A stretch of 64,000 nucleotides of DNA from Eledone cirrhosa (Eukaryota), in NCBI GenBank assembly GCA_964016885.1, contig OZ024742.1, forward strand, positions 91,140,001-91,204,000, given 5' to 3'. This document shows positions 1-11,992 of the stretch, piece after piece. Below the pieces are notes generated by a model. The model was not told the origin of the DNA. It made no database searches and saw only the letters and a program-made list of their open reading frames with translations. Position numbers and translations under genes: made by a program. How positions within the stretch are numbered: the stretch's first letter is position 1; each line of letters begins with the position of its first letter.

Positions 1-70
<70 letters not shown>
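1..70. repeat. (GT)n microsatellite
   Basis: Direct dinucleotide run. Confidence 0.99.
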
Positions 71-71
<1 letters not shown>

Positions 72-111
72 TAAATCAAATTTCACACATATGTCGTTGA
101 TACATCTAAGG

Positions 112-210
112 GTATAGAAAAGGACACTTGTCTAAGGTGATTCGCATTTGTTTCCAAGCTTAAACTACATGGTAACAAAACATTCTTCTCAACCACATTG
201 CCATGCCAGC
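112..210 (-). mobile_element. Degenerate tRNA-derived SINE 5' part (second SINE family)
   Basis: Reverse complement reads ggcatggcaatgtggttgagaag...ccatgtagttt...caccttagacaagtgtcc; similar + strand copy at ~17260-17370 (gtggttatatagttcg...gcaccttggataagtgtctcctactatagc). Confidence 0.5.
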
Positions 211-787
211 GTCGGTTCAACTATAAAATCCCCGATATACCAAATAAAGATTTAAGTTGATTGCTGGAACGCTTTTTACCCGATCAGGACTGACCTAAAA
301 ATAAAAATAAAATTAACAACACCGAATCGTACTAAATATTTGTTTCGAGCACGGAACGATAAAACGCAAACTCGGCCCCGGTGTGATTTAAACGTATGAG
401 TGTAATGGGAGTGTGTTGGTGGACAAAACTAACTACATTCAGTACAACATTGAGACCAGAGATCCGGCAAAACTACAAATTCATAGCCCGGTCATCAAGA
501 ATATTAACTATAACATTAAAGTGACATCAAAAAGAACATCAATATCATCAGCATGAAGAAATGATATGTAGTTTTAATTCACTGCTCCTAACCTTTCAGA
601 CGGTGACTGACTGGTAAATGGGGGGAGGTGGTTGTTTTACTATTCTTTTCTTTTATAGTTTGAATTATGCTCCTATTAAAAAGCTAAATATCGAAATTGC
701 CAGTAAATTGTATATATATATATATCGCCAGTCGTCAAGCCGATACAAATCTAAGAAAGGAAATTGTCATTAAACCACATACTGTTT

Positions 788-885
788 CACACACACGCAC
801 ACACACACACACACGCATATATATATGTATATATATATTTATGTATGTTTGTATGTATATATATGTATGCATATGTGCATGATAT

Positions 886-948
<63 letters not shown>

Positions 949-1041
949 TGTGTGTGTGTGTGTGTGTGTGTGTACATATACGTGCGCATAAACCTTCACA
1001 TGCACACGCATATATGTGTATACATACATATATATATATAA

Positions 1042-1077
<36 letters not shown>

Positions 1078-1160
1078 TTATATAAACAAATGTAAATTTA
1101 TACATATATTTCTTCAGACAACTGCCAGGCATGTACATACACAGATACACACATACACAT
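788..1160. repeat. Compound (CA)/(TA)/(GT) microsatellite field
   Basis: Direct; source of the YI/HT/CV pseudo-ORFs. Confidence 0.95.
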
Positions 1161-2027
1161 AAAATAAACCAAAGAAAGAAAAAAATATCAGTAGATAACA
1201 ATAGAACTGGCCAGTCAATTATGGGTATATATACTTCTCCACTTATCAACCTTATAAAATAGATAAATGAAATAAATAGCATTAATAATTGTTAGAGAAT
1301 GCTCAGAAAGTATTGGATCAGTGAAGAAAGAAGGGTTTTTAGAAAGGGGGCCGTGTGTTGTATGGACTGGTGGGTGTGGTAAGTAGTGAATGCTGACTCT
1401 CCTCTCGACAGTATTAACACTATCATTCATTACTTGATATGATCCATGTTCAAGGGTGAACAGGTTAAGAGGGGAGAGACTTAGTATGGTTAGGGATCGT
1501 GAAAATAAAATCAAATCAAAAGGAGCATGATGATAAATTCATGATTATGATGCTGCTGCTGGTGGTTATCGTTGTGGTGACAGGAGGTGTATTAAAACGA
1601 GAATGACAGAGCGAGGAGACCGCTGATAATACTGATGATGATGATGATGATGATGGTGACGGTGATAGGTGGGGAGACGGATCTGAAAAAAGTTGCTGGA
1701 ATGACCCATACTCAGTAACATACAACAGATGGTTTAATTTTTATCTCTAATTTAGTGACCCTTATAACTAACATGTGTAAGCACGGTCATTTCTGTGGTG
1801 TACTCTAAGGGGTCATAAGGGACTTTTTGAGCGGATGTCTTTTTGTTATGAGTTTTTGTGAAAATTTTAAGAAGGGAAAATTTTCTGACTATTAATCTGT
1901 GCGGGAGAAAAAGAGGCAGTTATAGATAGATGCATAGATAGATACATAGATAGATTGTACATATTCATCCTCTACGTATGTGTATATAAATATTACAAAT
2001 ATAAATATATATATATATTTATATATA

Positions 2028-2082
<55 letters not shown>

Positions 2083-2094
2083 ATATATACATAT

Positions 2095-2435
2095 GACTGC
2101 AACTCAATCAAGCGGAAAAGGACACTCTTCGACAAACCTACATTTGGCGCGAAACCAGCTTACGCTAAAATCAATTTAAACATTCATGTGACATCTATCG
2201 ACCAAACAAAATTGTTTTGACTACAAGAATTATTGCAACACGAATTGGCGCGAAATGTATTGCGCTTATTCACGTGACATTCAACAACCAACCAAATCTC
2301 AATACCTCCCAAGCCACTTTTTTCACATAAAACAGGAAGAATTTCCAAAACTGATCAGATTAGAGCAAAAATCACGAGCACTCTATCTCAAAATTATTTT
2401 TGAAAAGCATAAGAAATGCGCAACCAGTAAAAACT
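2095..2435 (+). mobile_element. Diverged solo copy of the PLE 3' region (pLTR-like) seen at 4530-4960, with decayed HHR at 2397-2433
   Basis: Colinear blocks shared with 4780-4960 (tggcgcgaaatgta...agccacttttt..ataaaaca...atctcaa...ttttgaaaagca.aagaa.tgcg.aacc.gtaaa). Confidence 0.7.
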
Positions 2436-2662
2436 TAAAACTAAAACTGAATACTAACTAATACTTATACTAATTTATACTTATTCCTAATTAAACTATT
2501 TTTCACTGGAAAAAATTCGTCAGCATTTTCTTTTCCCTTTTACTAATATATATTTATATATATAGATACATAGATAGATTGTACATATTCATCCTCTACA
2601 TATGTGTATATAAATATAAATATAAATATAAATATAAATATAAATATATACATATATATATG

Positions 2663-2758
<96 letters not shown>

Positions 2759-3068
2759 GGCAGTGTATAGGGACAACCTTAATATATTGCTATTTGTGTT
2801 GCCTAAATGTTAATACAATTCCAATGCACTACAATATATACATGTGTGCGTACCGTGTGTGTCATTAGAGCATCGGATAGAATGCCTTGCGATATTTATT
2901 CCATATGTATAGAACACACACATAAGCCACATACATATGTACATAAAACCATGCATCGGAGAGTCAAAGGAAGAAAAAAAAGGCTTGCCCTTGGCTGTCA
3001 ACAAGGTACTTTCCCATCCCTTACACTTTTCTGCTATATATCACACATTATTTATCAACCGGGGTCGC

Positions 3069-3189
3069 GTTTCATAATTGGAGACAATTATTTCCTAATT
3101 GGAGACAATTGTGCAAATTCTTCTTGCTAGGTTAAAAGAAGAATTTGCTAGCAAGAAGAATTTGCACAATTGTCTCCAATTATGAAACA
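3069..3189. repeat. 5' inverted (fold-back) copy at the PLE truncation point
   Basis: gtttcataattggagacaatt...gtgcaaattcttcttgctag is the reverse complement of ctagcaagaagaatttgcacaattgtctccaattatgaaac. Confidence 0.9.
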
Positions 3190-3930
3190 CGAAATAAAAG
3201 ACTTCAAGAATTAAAGGAAATTCTACTCGAAAGACAGTACCCACCATTACTAATAAATAAGGTAATAGAAAGAGCTAAAGCAATAGGTATTGATGAATTA
3301 CGATAACAGAAACAAACTCAAGGTACGTCCAATATTCTATCATATATCTCAACACACAACCCAAGAAATGCGGAAGCTTACAACACTATTCACAAGAGCA
3401 TCCCACTATTGAAACAAGACCCAAGAATGAAAAAAGCCCTTGAAACACACAAAATAATCAAACACAAAAGACATCCGAAATCAATAAAAACATTACTCAC
3501 CAATGCCAAATTACCTAACACAAACCCACAACCAACTGTCAAAAAATGTGGTCGCTTTAATTGTGGAACTTGCACTCACACCATTGAAGGCAACACGTAT
3601 ACATTTCAATCAGGACAAAATTTTGCTCTAAAAAATCACTTCACTTGCTCATCAAAAAATCTGCTTTATGCCATTAAATGTAAAGGATGTAATGAAGATT
3701 ATACAGGACAAACTAAACTCACACCCAGAAACAGAATGAGAGTTCATCGCAAACAATTACGAGATCCGACCACGAGACAGATACCACTAATTGCACATCT
3801 AGACATATGCGTAACTAATAAGACACCCAAATTCCAAGTCTTCCCATTTTACCTTTGCGCTGACAATACAACAGAACAAATACGAATAAATAAGGAAATA
3901 TGTTTATTAAAAAATATAGACCAGCATTAA
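3148..3930 (+). pseudogene. Penelope-like element (Neptune-like) RT C-terminus, Cys-rich linker and GIY-YIG endonuclease; 5'-truncated
   Basis: Frame reads LARRICTIVS...RLQELKEILLERQYP...(one TAA)...CGRFNCGTC...FTCSSKNLLYAIKCKGCNEDYTGQT...RNRMRVHR; linker CxxxxCxxC plus GIY-YIG (LLY...YTG) and catalytic R. Confidence 0.88.
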
Positions 3931-4142
3931 ATATAGTTTAATATACATTATGTCAACACCATAACATGCTAACCATCCAAACAGACACATACATACACAC
4001 GCACATAACACCTACTTTAGAAAATAAAAACCAGAACTAAATAAACCTTAACATACGTTAATACTCTAATACCTTAACATGCTAACCACACCCCCACAAA
4101 TACATAACTCCCTCCCCCATTTCTACTAACGGAATCATTTTC

Positions 4143-4209
<67 letters not shown>

Positions 4210-4922
4210 ATATATATTCTCTCCATCTTAACATGCTAACCATACTCCCACACGCACATAACATCCATACACACATAACACCCCCCCCCCCACACACACA
4301 CAACTCCCTCCCCCATTTCTACTAATAGAATCATCTTCCTACACACACACAAACACAAGCACACGAATAAACATACATATCTCTACTTTCTTTATTTCAA
4401 TAGAAAGTCTGAATTCTGACAACGCAGTGAACCAGCCATATTCACTGAACCAGAACAATTCTCCCAATCCCATTTCTCTTGACCATTATCTTTTGTTTGG
4501 CATAAAATTCTCTAAAAGGCTACAACATAAATTCCCAAATACGAGCGCGAAATTTAATGAACTTGTTCACGTGACAATCATAATTTCATTTATAACCAAT
4601 CAAATTACATTTTTTTTAAAATAGCCTTCGTGAGCGACTTTTTTTAAGTAAAAAGAAATTCAAACACAAACTGGCGCGAAAGCTGATGTGCTTATTCACG
4701 TGACTGCATCAACCAACCAAACTTCACTCATATATGAAAGAACAAACTGAGCCCCCCCCCCCTTTTGTTTGAAGAACTTTGTAACGCGAACTGGCGCGAA
4801 ATGTAATCAAATTACTTCTCTAAAAACCTGGCATTTCGAGCCACTTTTTTCCATATAAAACAAGTAACATTCAAAGACCAACACGATGTGAGAAAAACCA
4901 CAGACCCTGCATCTCAACTCTA

Positions 4923-4959
4923 CTTTTGAAAAGCAGAAGAACTGCGAAACCGGTAAAGG
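4923..4959 (+). ncRNA. Minimal type-I hammerhead ribozyme, U3-A8 core variant, in PLE 3' region
   Basis: ctt-TTGAAAA-gcag(aagaa)ctgc-GAAA-ccgg-TA-aag; palindromic stem III ACCGGT. Confidence 0.65.
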
Positions 4960-5289
4960 AACCAAAAAAAAGACTCCAGTTGCATTTTGTATTTCATCTT
5001 TTTTCCTTATACTTTCACTCGTGTAGGATACCTCGGTTATTTTTTATTTTGTAAATAAACCTCACTTTCTTATATATATATATATATATATATATATCGT
5101 TCTCTCTTTTTAAAAAAGAAAAACATTTAATTTTGCCTAACTACTATCAAACTATATCAAATCCCACACCGACCATGTGTGAAATGGTAAAATGATCAAA
5201 GGAAACAAGAACAGAATATATAAAAGAACGTGTAAATATATAAAGAAATAAAGAAATAAACAACCTGAACCACAAAATATTTTCAGCCG

Positions 5290-5820
5290 CAGCCGAAATA
5301 TCGCCCTCAATTAGTATGAGGTTCATTCTGTACCGGAGACGTTTCGAGTAGTTGGAAATGGATTGCGGACGTTGTGTCGACACTGATGGGCAACAGGAGA
5401 GGGTCGCAGTTGAAGGTTTGCAGAAAGAAACGACATTGCCTTGGGCCCCGAAGTCAGGGAGGGGCTCGATCTCTTCCCTGCCCTTAGGTTCCTTGCCATC
5501 TGGATCCCGAGTACGAGTGCCGCAAAACTGAAGTTTACTCCAGTTTTGCGCTCCGGCCGAGTCAACTGCTCTACCGATGGACAATGCTAGCGCTTCGGCC
5601 TCGAGAGTGCGAACAGCTTTGGGGATCCTAGTGATGACTCTCCGCGACTGCCTGAAGGAGGAGATCGCTACCAGGGCCTCCTCAAGGTCGAGCAGGTTCA
5701 GATACATGTTGTGCCAGGCACCTGTGATGTCGTGGGAGATATGCACCACTGGCAGTGCCACCGGTGCAGGGATCCCGACGTCCGCCGAGTGGGTTCCACG
5801 CAAGAATGGTAGAAGAAGCT
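5290..5820 (-). mobile_element. CRE-clade non-LTR retrotransposon N-terminal fragment
   Basis: RRVITRIPKAVRTLEAEALALSIGRAVD...NWSKLQF resembles the IPKxAR...W.KL block upstream of the RT in metazoan CRE elements; GC-rich against background. Confidence 0.5.
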
Positions 5821-5837
5821 GTTAAGTTGGAGCAGTT

Positions 5838-5941
5838 CTTTCCTTCCTTCCTTCCTTCCTTCCTTCCTTCCTTCCTTCCTTCCTTCCTTCCTTCCTTCCT
5901 TCCTTCCTTCCTTCCTTCCTTCCTTCCTTCCTTTCTTCCTT
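5838..5941. repeat. (TTCC)n microsatellite
   Basis: Direct. Confidence 0.98.
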
Positions 5942-5944
5942 GCT

Positions 5945-6330
5945 CCAGTTGCTGGGGCGACATCAAGTGTAGGTCTTCCTTCAGAATGATCTAGTCTGGC
6001 TTGGAACAACACCGCCTCGACTGACTCCGATCCGCTTTGCAGCCAAACAGCAGTGCGTGGCTCAATTCTGTGCACTCATCATCAACAGGTACTCTTCTTG
6101 ATAAATGAGTGCACTCGCACCAGAATGACCCAGCGCCTCGGTCATCAGACATATGCCATTATGGGGCTATCGTTGATGATTTTGGCCTGCACCCACTGTC
6201 ATGCCGTCAGATCTCAGGCCAGTTCCCCCGACATTCGGCTCTCAACGACATATTGAGAAGGAGCCAAGACGCAGCTGGCTTCCCATCACAATTGGAGCCA
6301 CCAGACCATAGCAGCGGAGACAGCAAGTGA
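5945..6330 (+). mobile_element. CRE-clade fragment, zinc knuckle before the RLE domain
   Basis: CHYGAIVDDFGLHPLSCRQISGQFPRHSALNDILRRSQDAAGFPSQLEP fits the C..HxLxC...RH..LND...EP pattern. Confidence 0.7.
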
Positions 6331-7189
6331 CTGACTGTTAGTTTAAAGAGGCAAATCCCTCATTTGGGAGCCTGGGGTACTTCAGATTTGGGTGCCTCTC
6401 ATGCCCCAAAAATTAGAATACACGTCAAACCCTCAAATTTACATTTAAAAGTCGGCTTGGCACAAGTAATTTAAATTGAAAGGTCATATATACAGGTATT
6501 AACTGCAAAAAATCTAACCCTCCTCATTTTACATCCACTTTCTACACTGGCATGCTGGACGGGTTGTCAAAATGTGAGACCAGACATATCGGAACGACCT
6601 TATCTTGCTCATACATTAAATATTTGGCATGGATTCTATGGATGGATGGCCTTCCTAGCATAATTACTTTACAGGGTTTACTGGGTACATTGTTTTTGTG
6701 CTACCAGCAAAACCGCCCTACTCACTTGATTAGGTATATTCTATCAAGACCCCAATACTAACAATTTACAGGATGTATTGAGCACATTTTATCGTGGCAC
6801 TAGTTCTAAGGAGGTCATCACATGCTCGGCCTGACTAAATCGTGCCCTTAAAAACTATATTGTCACCATTAGATTACCAAACCCTATAGCCTCCGATTTT
6901 TACTACACTCACTTTTAGTGTCTCACTGATTGTACTGGTGGGCATGTCTTTTGTATTATGGCATATCATCAATCAGCTCTGTTCTGTGCCACCTCCTTTG
7001 TCGGCTTCAGTTTCTTGATGTCATTCTTTACAACTTCGTCCCATCATTTCCTTGATCTTCTACTAAAGCCCAGCAGAAAGCACAAATAAATTGCTCGGCC
7101 GTTGCTGGTGTCCCCCGCCTCACAGCGGAGGTGGTGGTGGGGTAATTTCTCCCACTGCTCCCCATTAAATCCGGCCCTGCGTATACCGC

Positions 7190-7238
7190 AAAGCATCCTA
7201 TGCGACATTCTAAAGATTCTGCCAATTCACCGCCTATA
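7190..7238 (-). mobile_element. SINE tRNA-derived head fragment
   Basis: Reverse complement ggcggtgaattggcagaatctttagaatgtcg...atgctttgcggtat. Confidence 0.7.
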
Positions 7239-7723
7239 ACATATTGTATTGGGCCGATATATATTTGTTTAATAAATCAGTGTTACAATCGTAATGAAAT
7301 GAAAAGTCATTAACTTCACATAAAAATGCAAGGTGGAAACTTCGACATCGAAAAGAATGAAAAATCGAATGATGGTATCGTCGGCTAAATAGTCTGATAA
7401 TGTGGCAGGTCTGGTCATATATCGGGACATGTCGGGAAAGTATAGAGTAACGTCTATTTAACGTGTATTATACTTGAAGAGTATATTGATTTTGAGTGAA
7501 AGATATTCAGTTCTCTATTTCATTCACACATACATAAGGTCCTGTAATTCATGAATGAGTTGTAAGGACGCCGTATTGACATATGGCGTTTCTTGGGCGT
7601 TTTAAAACTCTGACAGTGTTCATCTCTTCTCCAGGTGTGAATACAGCATATTTCTCCCAGAGAAAGATAGAGAGAATGAGAAAATGATACACAGGAAGAA
7701 TCGACCCCAGTATTACTGGATGA

Positions 7724-8279
<556 letters not shown>

Positions 8280-8342
8280 ATATATATATATATATATAAA
8301 GAAAGGGATATATATATATATATATATATATGTGTATGTATA

Positions 8343-8462
<120 letters not shown>

Positions 8463-8463
8463 T

Positions 8464-8495
<32 letters not shown>

Positions 8496-8869
8496 CCCTT
8501 TCTTTCTGTTTTCCTTACCTTTCTAACTCGTTATCTTCACACAATCTGGTCACTCATCATTAAATTGTGAGAAACCACTTTATTTAACTTCATCTAACAC
8601 CACTTCACTACAGCAAACACTACCACTAACCCCTCCAATCATTATAAAAAAAAAGAAACACCACCACCTGTATTTCTTACAATACGATAGTAGCAACTAC
8701 AGCAATAGCCACATTCATGAAGAAAAAAGGGTTCTCTAACAGCATGGGGACTAAGAACAATAAAAATAGTATTACGATGACGACGAAGGCTTCTACTACT
8801 GTCATTAGTGCTACTGACACTACCACTACTACTACTACTGCTATCAATCTACTAATACAATCTCAAGAC

Positions 8870-9005
8870 AAAGAGCGGCCCACTGCGTAGTTGCTCGTTC
8901 TGTTAGAAATGACAGCCAAAATCCCCTTTAACAAAAGAAGGACATATTAGAAAATGTACTTCCTGATGGACAAGAAGACTGAATGATCACAACTTGAATA
9001 TCAGA
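8870..9005 (+). mobile_element. Old SINE 3'-body fragment (related fragments at ~9520-9710, 28300-28480, 32680-33190)
   Basis: Shared motif ctc.acctgctagaaatagcagccaaat...ggacacattggataatg in all copies. Confidence 0.55.
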
Positions 9006-9008
9006 GCT

Positions 9009-9009
<1 letters not shown>

Positions 9010-9064
<55 letters not shown>

Positions 9065-9089
9065 GCTACTACTACTACTACTACTACTA
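9010..9089. repeat. (CTA)n microsatellite
   Basis: Direct. Confidence 0.97.
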
Positions 9090-10153
9090 ATACAGCTGCT
9101 GCTAGAACCATCCACTATTTCTCACACCATAATTCAAATATGCAGTGATGTAATGAATGAAGCATGCAATAAAATAAAATACTATGGTCCTCACTAGCAA
9201 TCCTGTATGATTCAGTAATATGTGTAATAGATATAAGTGGCCATGTCGTCTCAAGAAAACACAAACCCATGTTTAATCCTACCCTTTTTGATCCAGTGGA
9301 ACATCTAGGGTGTGACAACTGGAAGGAGAGAGGGTTGTACCAGCACTGGGTTGGTACTTTATTTATCGTTTACGAAAGAAGGAAACTAAATAATAACCGG
9401 TGAGATATACACTTAAAAAAGCCCGAAATGACTCTCACTATAATATCAACAACCACACATACAAAAAAAAAAGCACAATTTTTCCTCATTATTGCCTCTA
9501 CTGTATTTACAAGCTAACAGGAAGTATGGTTTCTATACTCAATCTGTTAGAAATAGTAGTCAAAATTCACACATGTCAAATAGTACTGTTTTGAAAGATG
9601 GAGGGACATTTAGATACACAATATCTAAAAACAAAATTGAATGATCTCGGCGGGAATACATCTGATCATAGTTTGTCTGATCAATGTTTAGCCTGGGAGG
9701 AACAACTACAACAAAGGGAACACAAATAATCCCGCATCTTTAAACCACCAGTAACGTCTATTGGCATTATCTCGAGCATAACCACCCTTATAACTACTAC
9801 AACTAATACAACCACCACCGCCACCACATGCACTACTTCAAAATCATCAACCGCAGTAATAACTCTCCACTATCTCCACTGCTAACACTTTGGTATAATC
9901 ACACACCATAAAATGACCACAAAAACTACCATAAAAGCTATCCACTAGGTAACCAATATGTGTGACCTGGCCCCTTCGACAGGCGAAAAAGCCCATTAGC
10001 CGTGGCTGTGTGTGAAATTGTGTGTGTATCTGTGTCTGATTTATTTTTTAATGTTGACAACATTTAGTCCCTTTAATATGTTACAAACAATAAATGTGCA
10101 GTATTGATGAAAATTATAAATACTAATAGCAAACTGCTGCACTATATATATAT

Positions 10154-10287
10154 AGAATTAGCCGTCGAAACGGCTTGAGCTCAGCCGTCGGGGTCTTACT
10201 TGTTCCTATTACCCACTCTACTACCCTAAGTATTGAGTACTTTGGTGCGTTATGGTCCACTTGGTTCCTTACCACATTTCCTTCGTT
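10154..10287 (+). mobile_element. Short PLE-derived 3'-end element flanked by (TA)n (copies at ~26165-26318 and 50561-50704)
   Basis: Near-identical agaattagccgtcgaaacggcttgagctcagccgtc...accacatttccttcgtta; begins with the 3' half of an HHR (stem II'-GAAAC). Confidence 0.8.
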
Positions 10288-10402
10288 ATATATATATATA
10301 TATATATATATATAATGTAGGAGGTGAGTTTTATTGTAGTACAATAAAGCAATGCAGATATCGGATAAGAAGCACTCTACAGTTTGTAGGACTGGAGTAT
10401 AC

Positions 10403-10503
10403 ATAATATAAGATCAAAAGATGGTTAAAGGAGTTCCATGTATTTGAAATGCGCATAATAAAATACATGGAACTCCTTTAACCATCTTTTGATCTTATAT
10501 TAT
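10403..10503. repeat. Perfect 43-bp inverted repeat whose loop holds HHR 3' half GAAA-tgcgca-TA
   Basis: ataatataagatc...ccatgtattt / aaatacatgg...gatcttatattat. Confidence 0.92.
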
Positions 10504-10516
10504 ATATATATATATA

Positions 10517-11267
10517 TATAGGAATGAAAAATGGCGTGCTGTATTGTTGCATATGGGATATACAAATTAAAATGAAGAATTAGAAATAGAAGCCAGGACT
10601 ATCCATCATCAGTGGTCTAGTAGCCATCATAGGTATTTCTTCGCATTAAAGACCAGATACCTCAGGCTAGCGCGAACAATAACTAAAATAAGTTATTGGG
10701 ATAAAAAGAATTGGTGCAGAAAAAGAGACAGGTAATCAAACACGAATGGTGAGGCAACGTAAAGAGAGAAAAACATGAGAAAATCAAGTCAATGATTCAT
10801 TTCAACATAAGAACTTGCGAATATTGACGTCAAGACGAAAGACACATCTTAACCGTGCGAAAGTAAGCGAGGAAATAATTTTGCACGGTGTGGGACGATG
10901 GAGAAAGTGAGAGAGAGGGTGAGTAGCAGAGAGTGAGTGAGTTAAAGTGTGAGGAAGAGGCTAGCCGAGAGAGGGTGACTAGCAGAGGGGGTGAATGAAA
11001 GTAAGAGGGAGAAGGAGAGAGAAAGAGGATAGCAGTAAGGGAAGAGAAAAAGACAGGTCACAGCGAAGGGGAAAGCATATAGGAATGAAAAATGGCGCGC
11101 TGTGTTGTTGCAAATGTGATATACAAATTAAAATGAAGAATTAGAAATAGAAGCCAGGACTATCCATCATCAGTGGTCTACTAGCCATCATAGGTATTTC
11201 TTCACATTAAAGATCAGATACCTCAGGCTAGTGCGAACAATAACTAAAATAAGTTATTGGGATAAAT
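10517..11267 (-). mobile_element. pLTR-like unit: two ~190-bp direct repeats (offset ~561) bounded by (TA)n; decayed HHR at 10788-10846
   Basis: ggaatgaaaaatggc...aagttattgggataaa at 10521 and 11082; minus strand gtc-TTGACGT-c-aatat...atgtt-GAAA-tgaatca-TT-gac. Confidence 0.7.
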
Positions 11268-11395
11268 ATATATATATATACTGTATATATATATATACAC
11301 ACACACACTATTGAATAGACCTGTTATTTTTATCTAAAGACATTTTTCCAATTCCAGCCCGCTCGTCCGCTCAATCTATCTTATTTCTCATTATT

Positions 11396-11431
11396 TCTTC
11401 TGATGAAGGACTAGCGTCCGAAACGTTAGGA
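11396..11431 (+). ncRNA. Minimal type-I hammerhead ribozyme with canonical core
   Basis: tctt-CTGATGA-a-ggac(tagc)gtcc-GAAA-cg-TT-agga; palindromic AACGTT stem III. Confidence 0.8.
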
Positions 11432-11529
11432 CCCTCTTCCTGATATATCAAGCGTTAACCTAATATATCCCTTCCATATACTGTACCGATTGTGTTATTA
11501 TTTCTGTTTACCTTTTACATACGTACATG

Positions 11530-11581
<52 letters not shown>

Positions 11582-11680
11582 TTGCAAAGATTTTGATATG
11601 AAATCGTGTGTTGAAACAATATTATATTTGGGGAAAGTCATATTATTATTTCTGATGAGTGTGTTTTATTATTATTTCAA

Positions 11681-11868
11681 GGGCGGTGGATTGGCAGTAT
11701 CGGTAGAGGGTCGTACGCCATGCTTTTCAGCATAGAGTTACGGCCCTTTACAGTCAGTGTGTCAAACCTACTGAGATTAACTTTGCCTTTAATCCTTACG
11801 GGGTCGATAAAGAACCAGTAATACACTGCGTTAATTAGTTGCCTTGTGCCAAACGTAGAAACAATTAT
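11681..11868 (+). mobile_element. tRNA-derived SINE with Meta/MESC-type core, full length
   Basis: gggcggtggattggcagtatcggtagag (A box)...ctttgccttt.atccttacggggtcgataaa...aaacaatt; TSD attattatttc. Confidence 0.9.
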
Positions 11869-11910
11869 TATTTCTGGCAATATTATAACAATATGACCCT
11901 CCCCAAATAT

Positions 11911-11991
<81 letters not shown>

Positions 11992-11992
<1 letters not shown>

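Noticed and set aside
1938-2615. ~55-bp duplicate (agatacatagatagattgtacatattcatcctctac)
   Set aside because: Short local duplication next to (TA)n with no further structure
7560-7640. Minus-strand CTGGAGA...GAAACGCC...GGCGTC
   Set aside because: Core mismatch at A6 and no stems I or II
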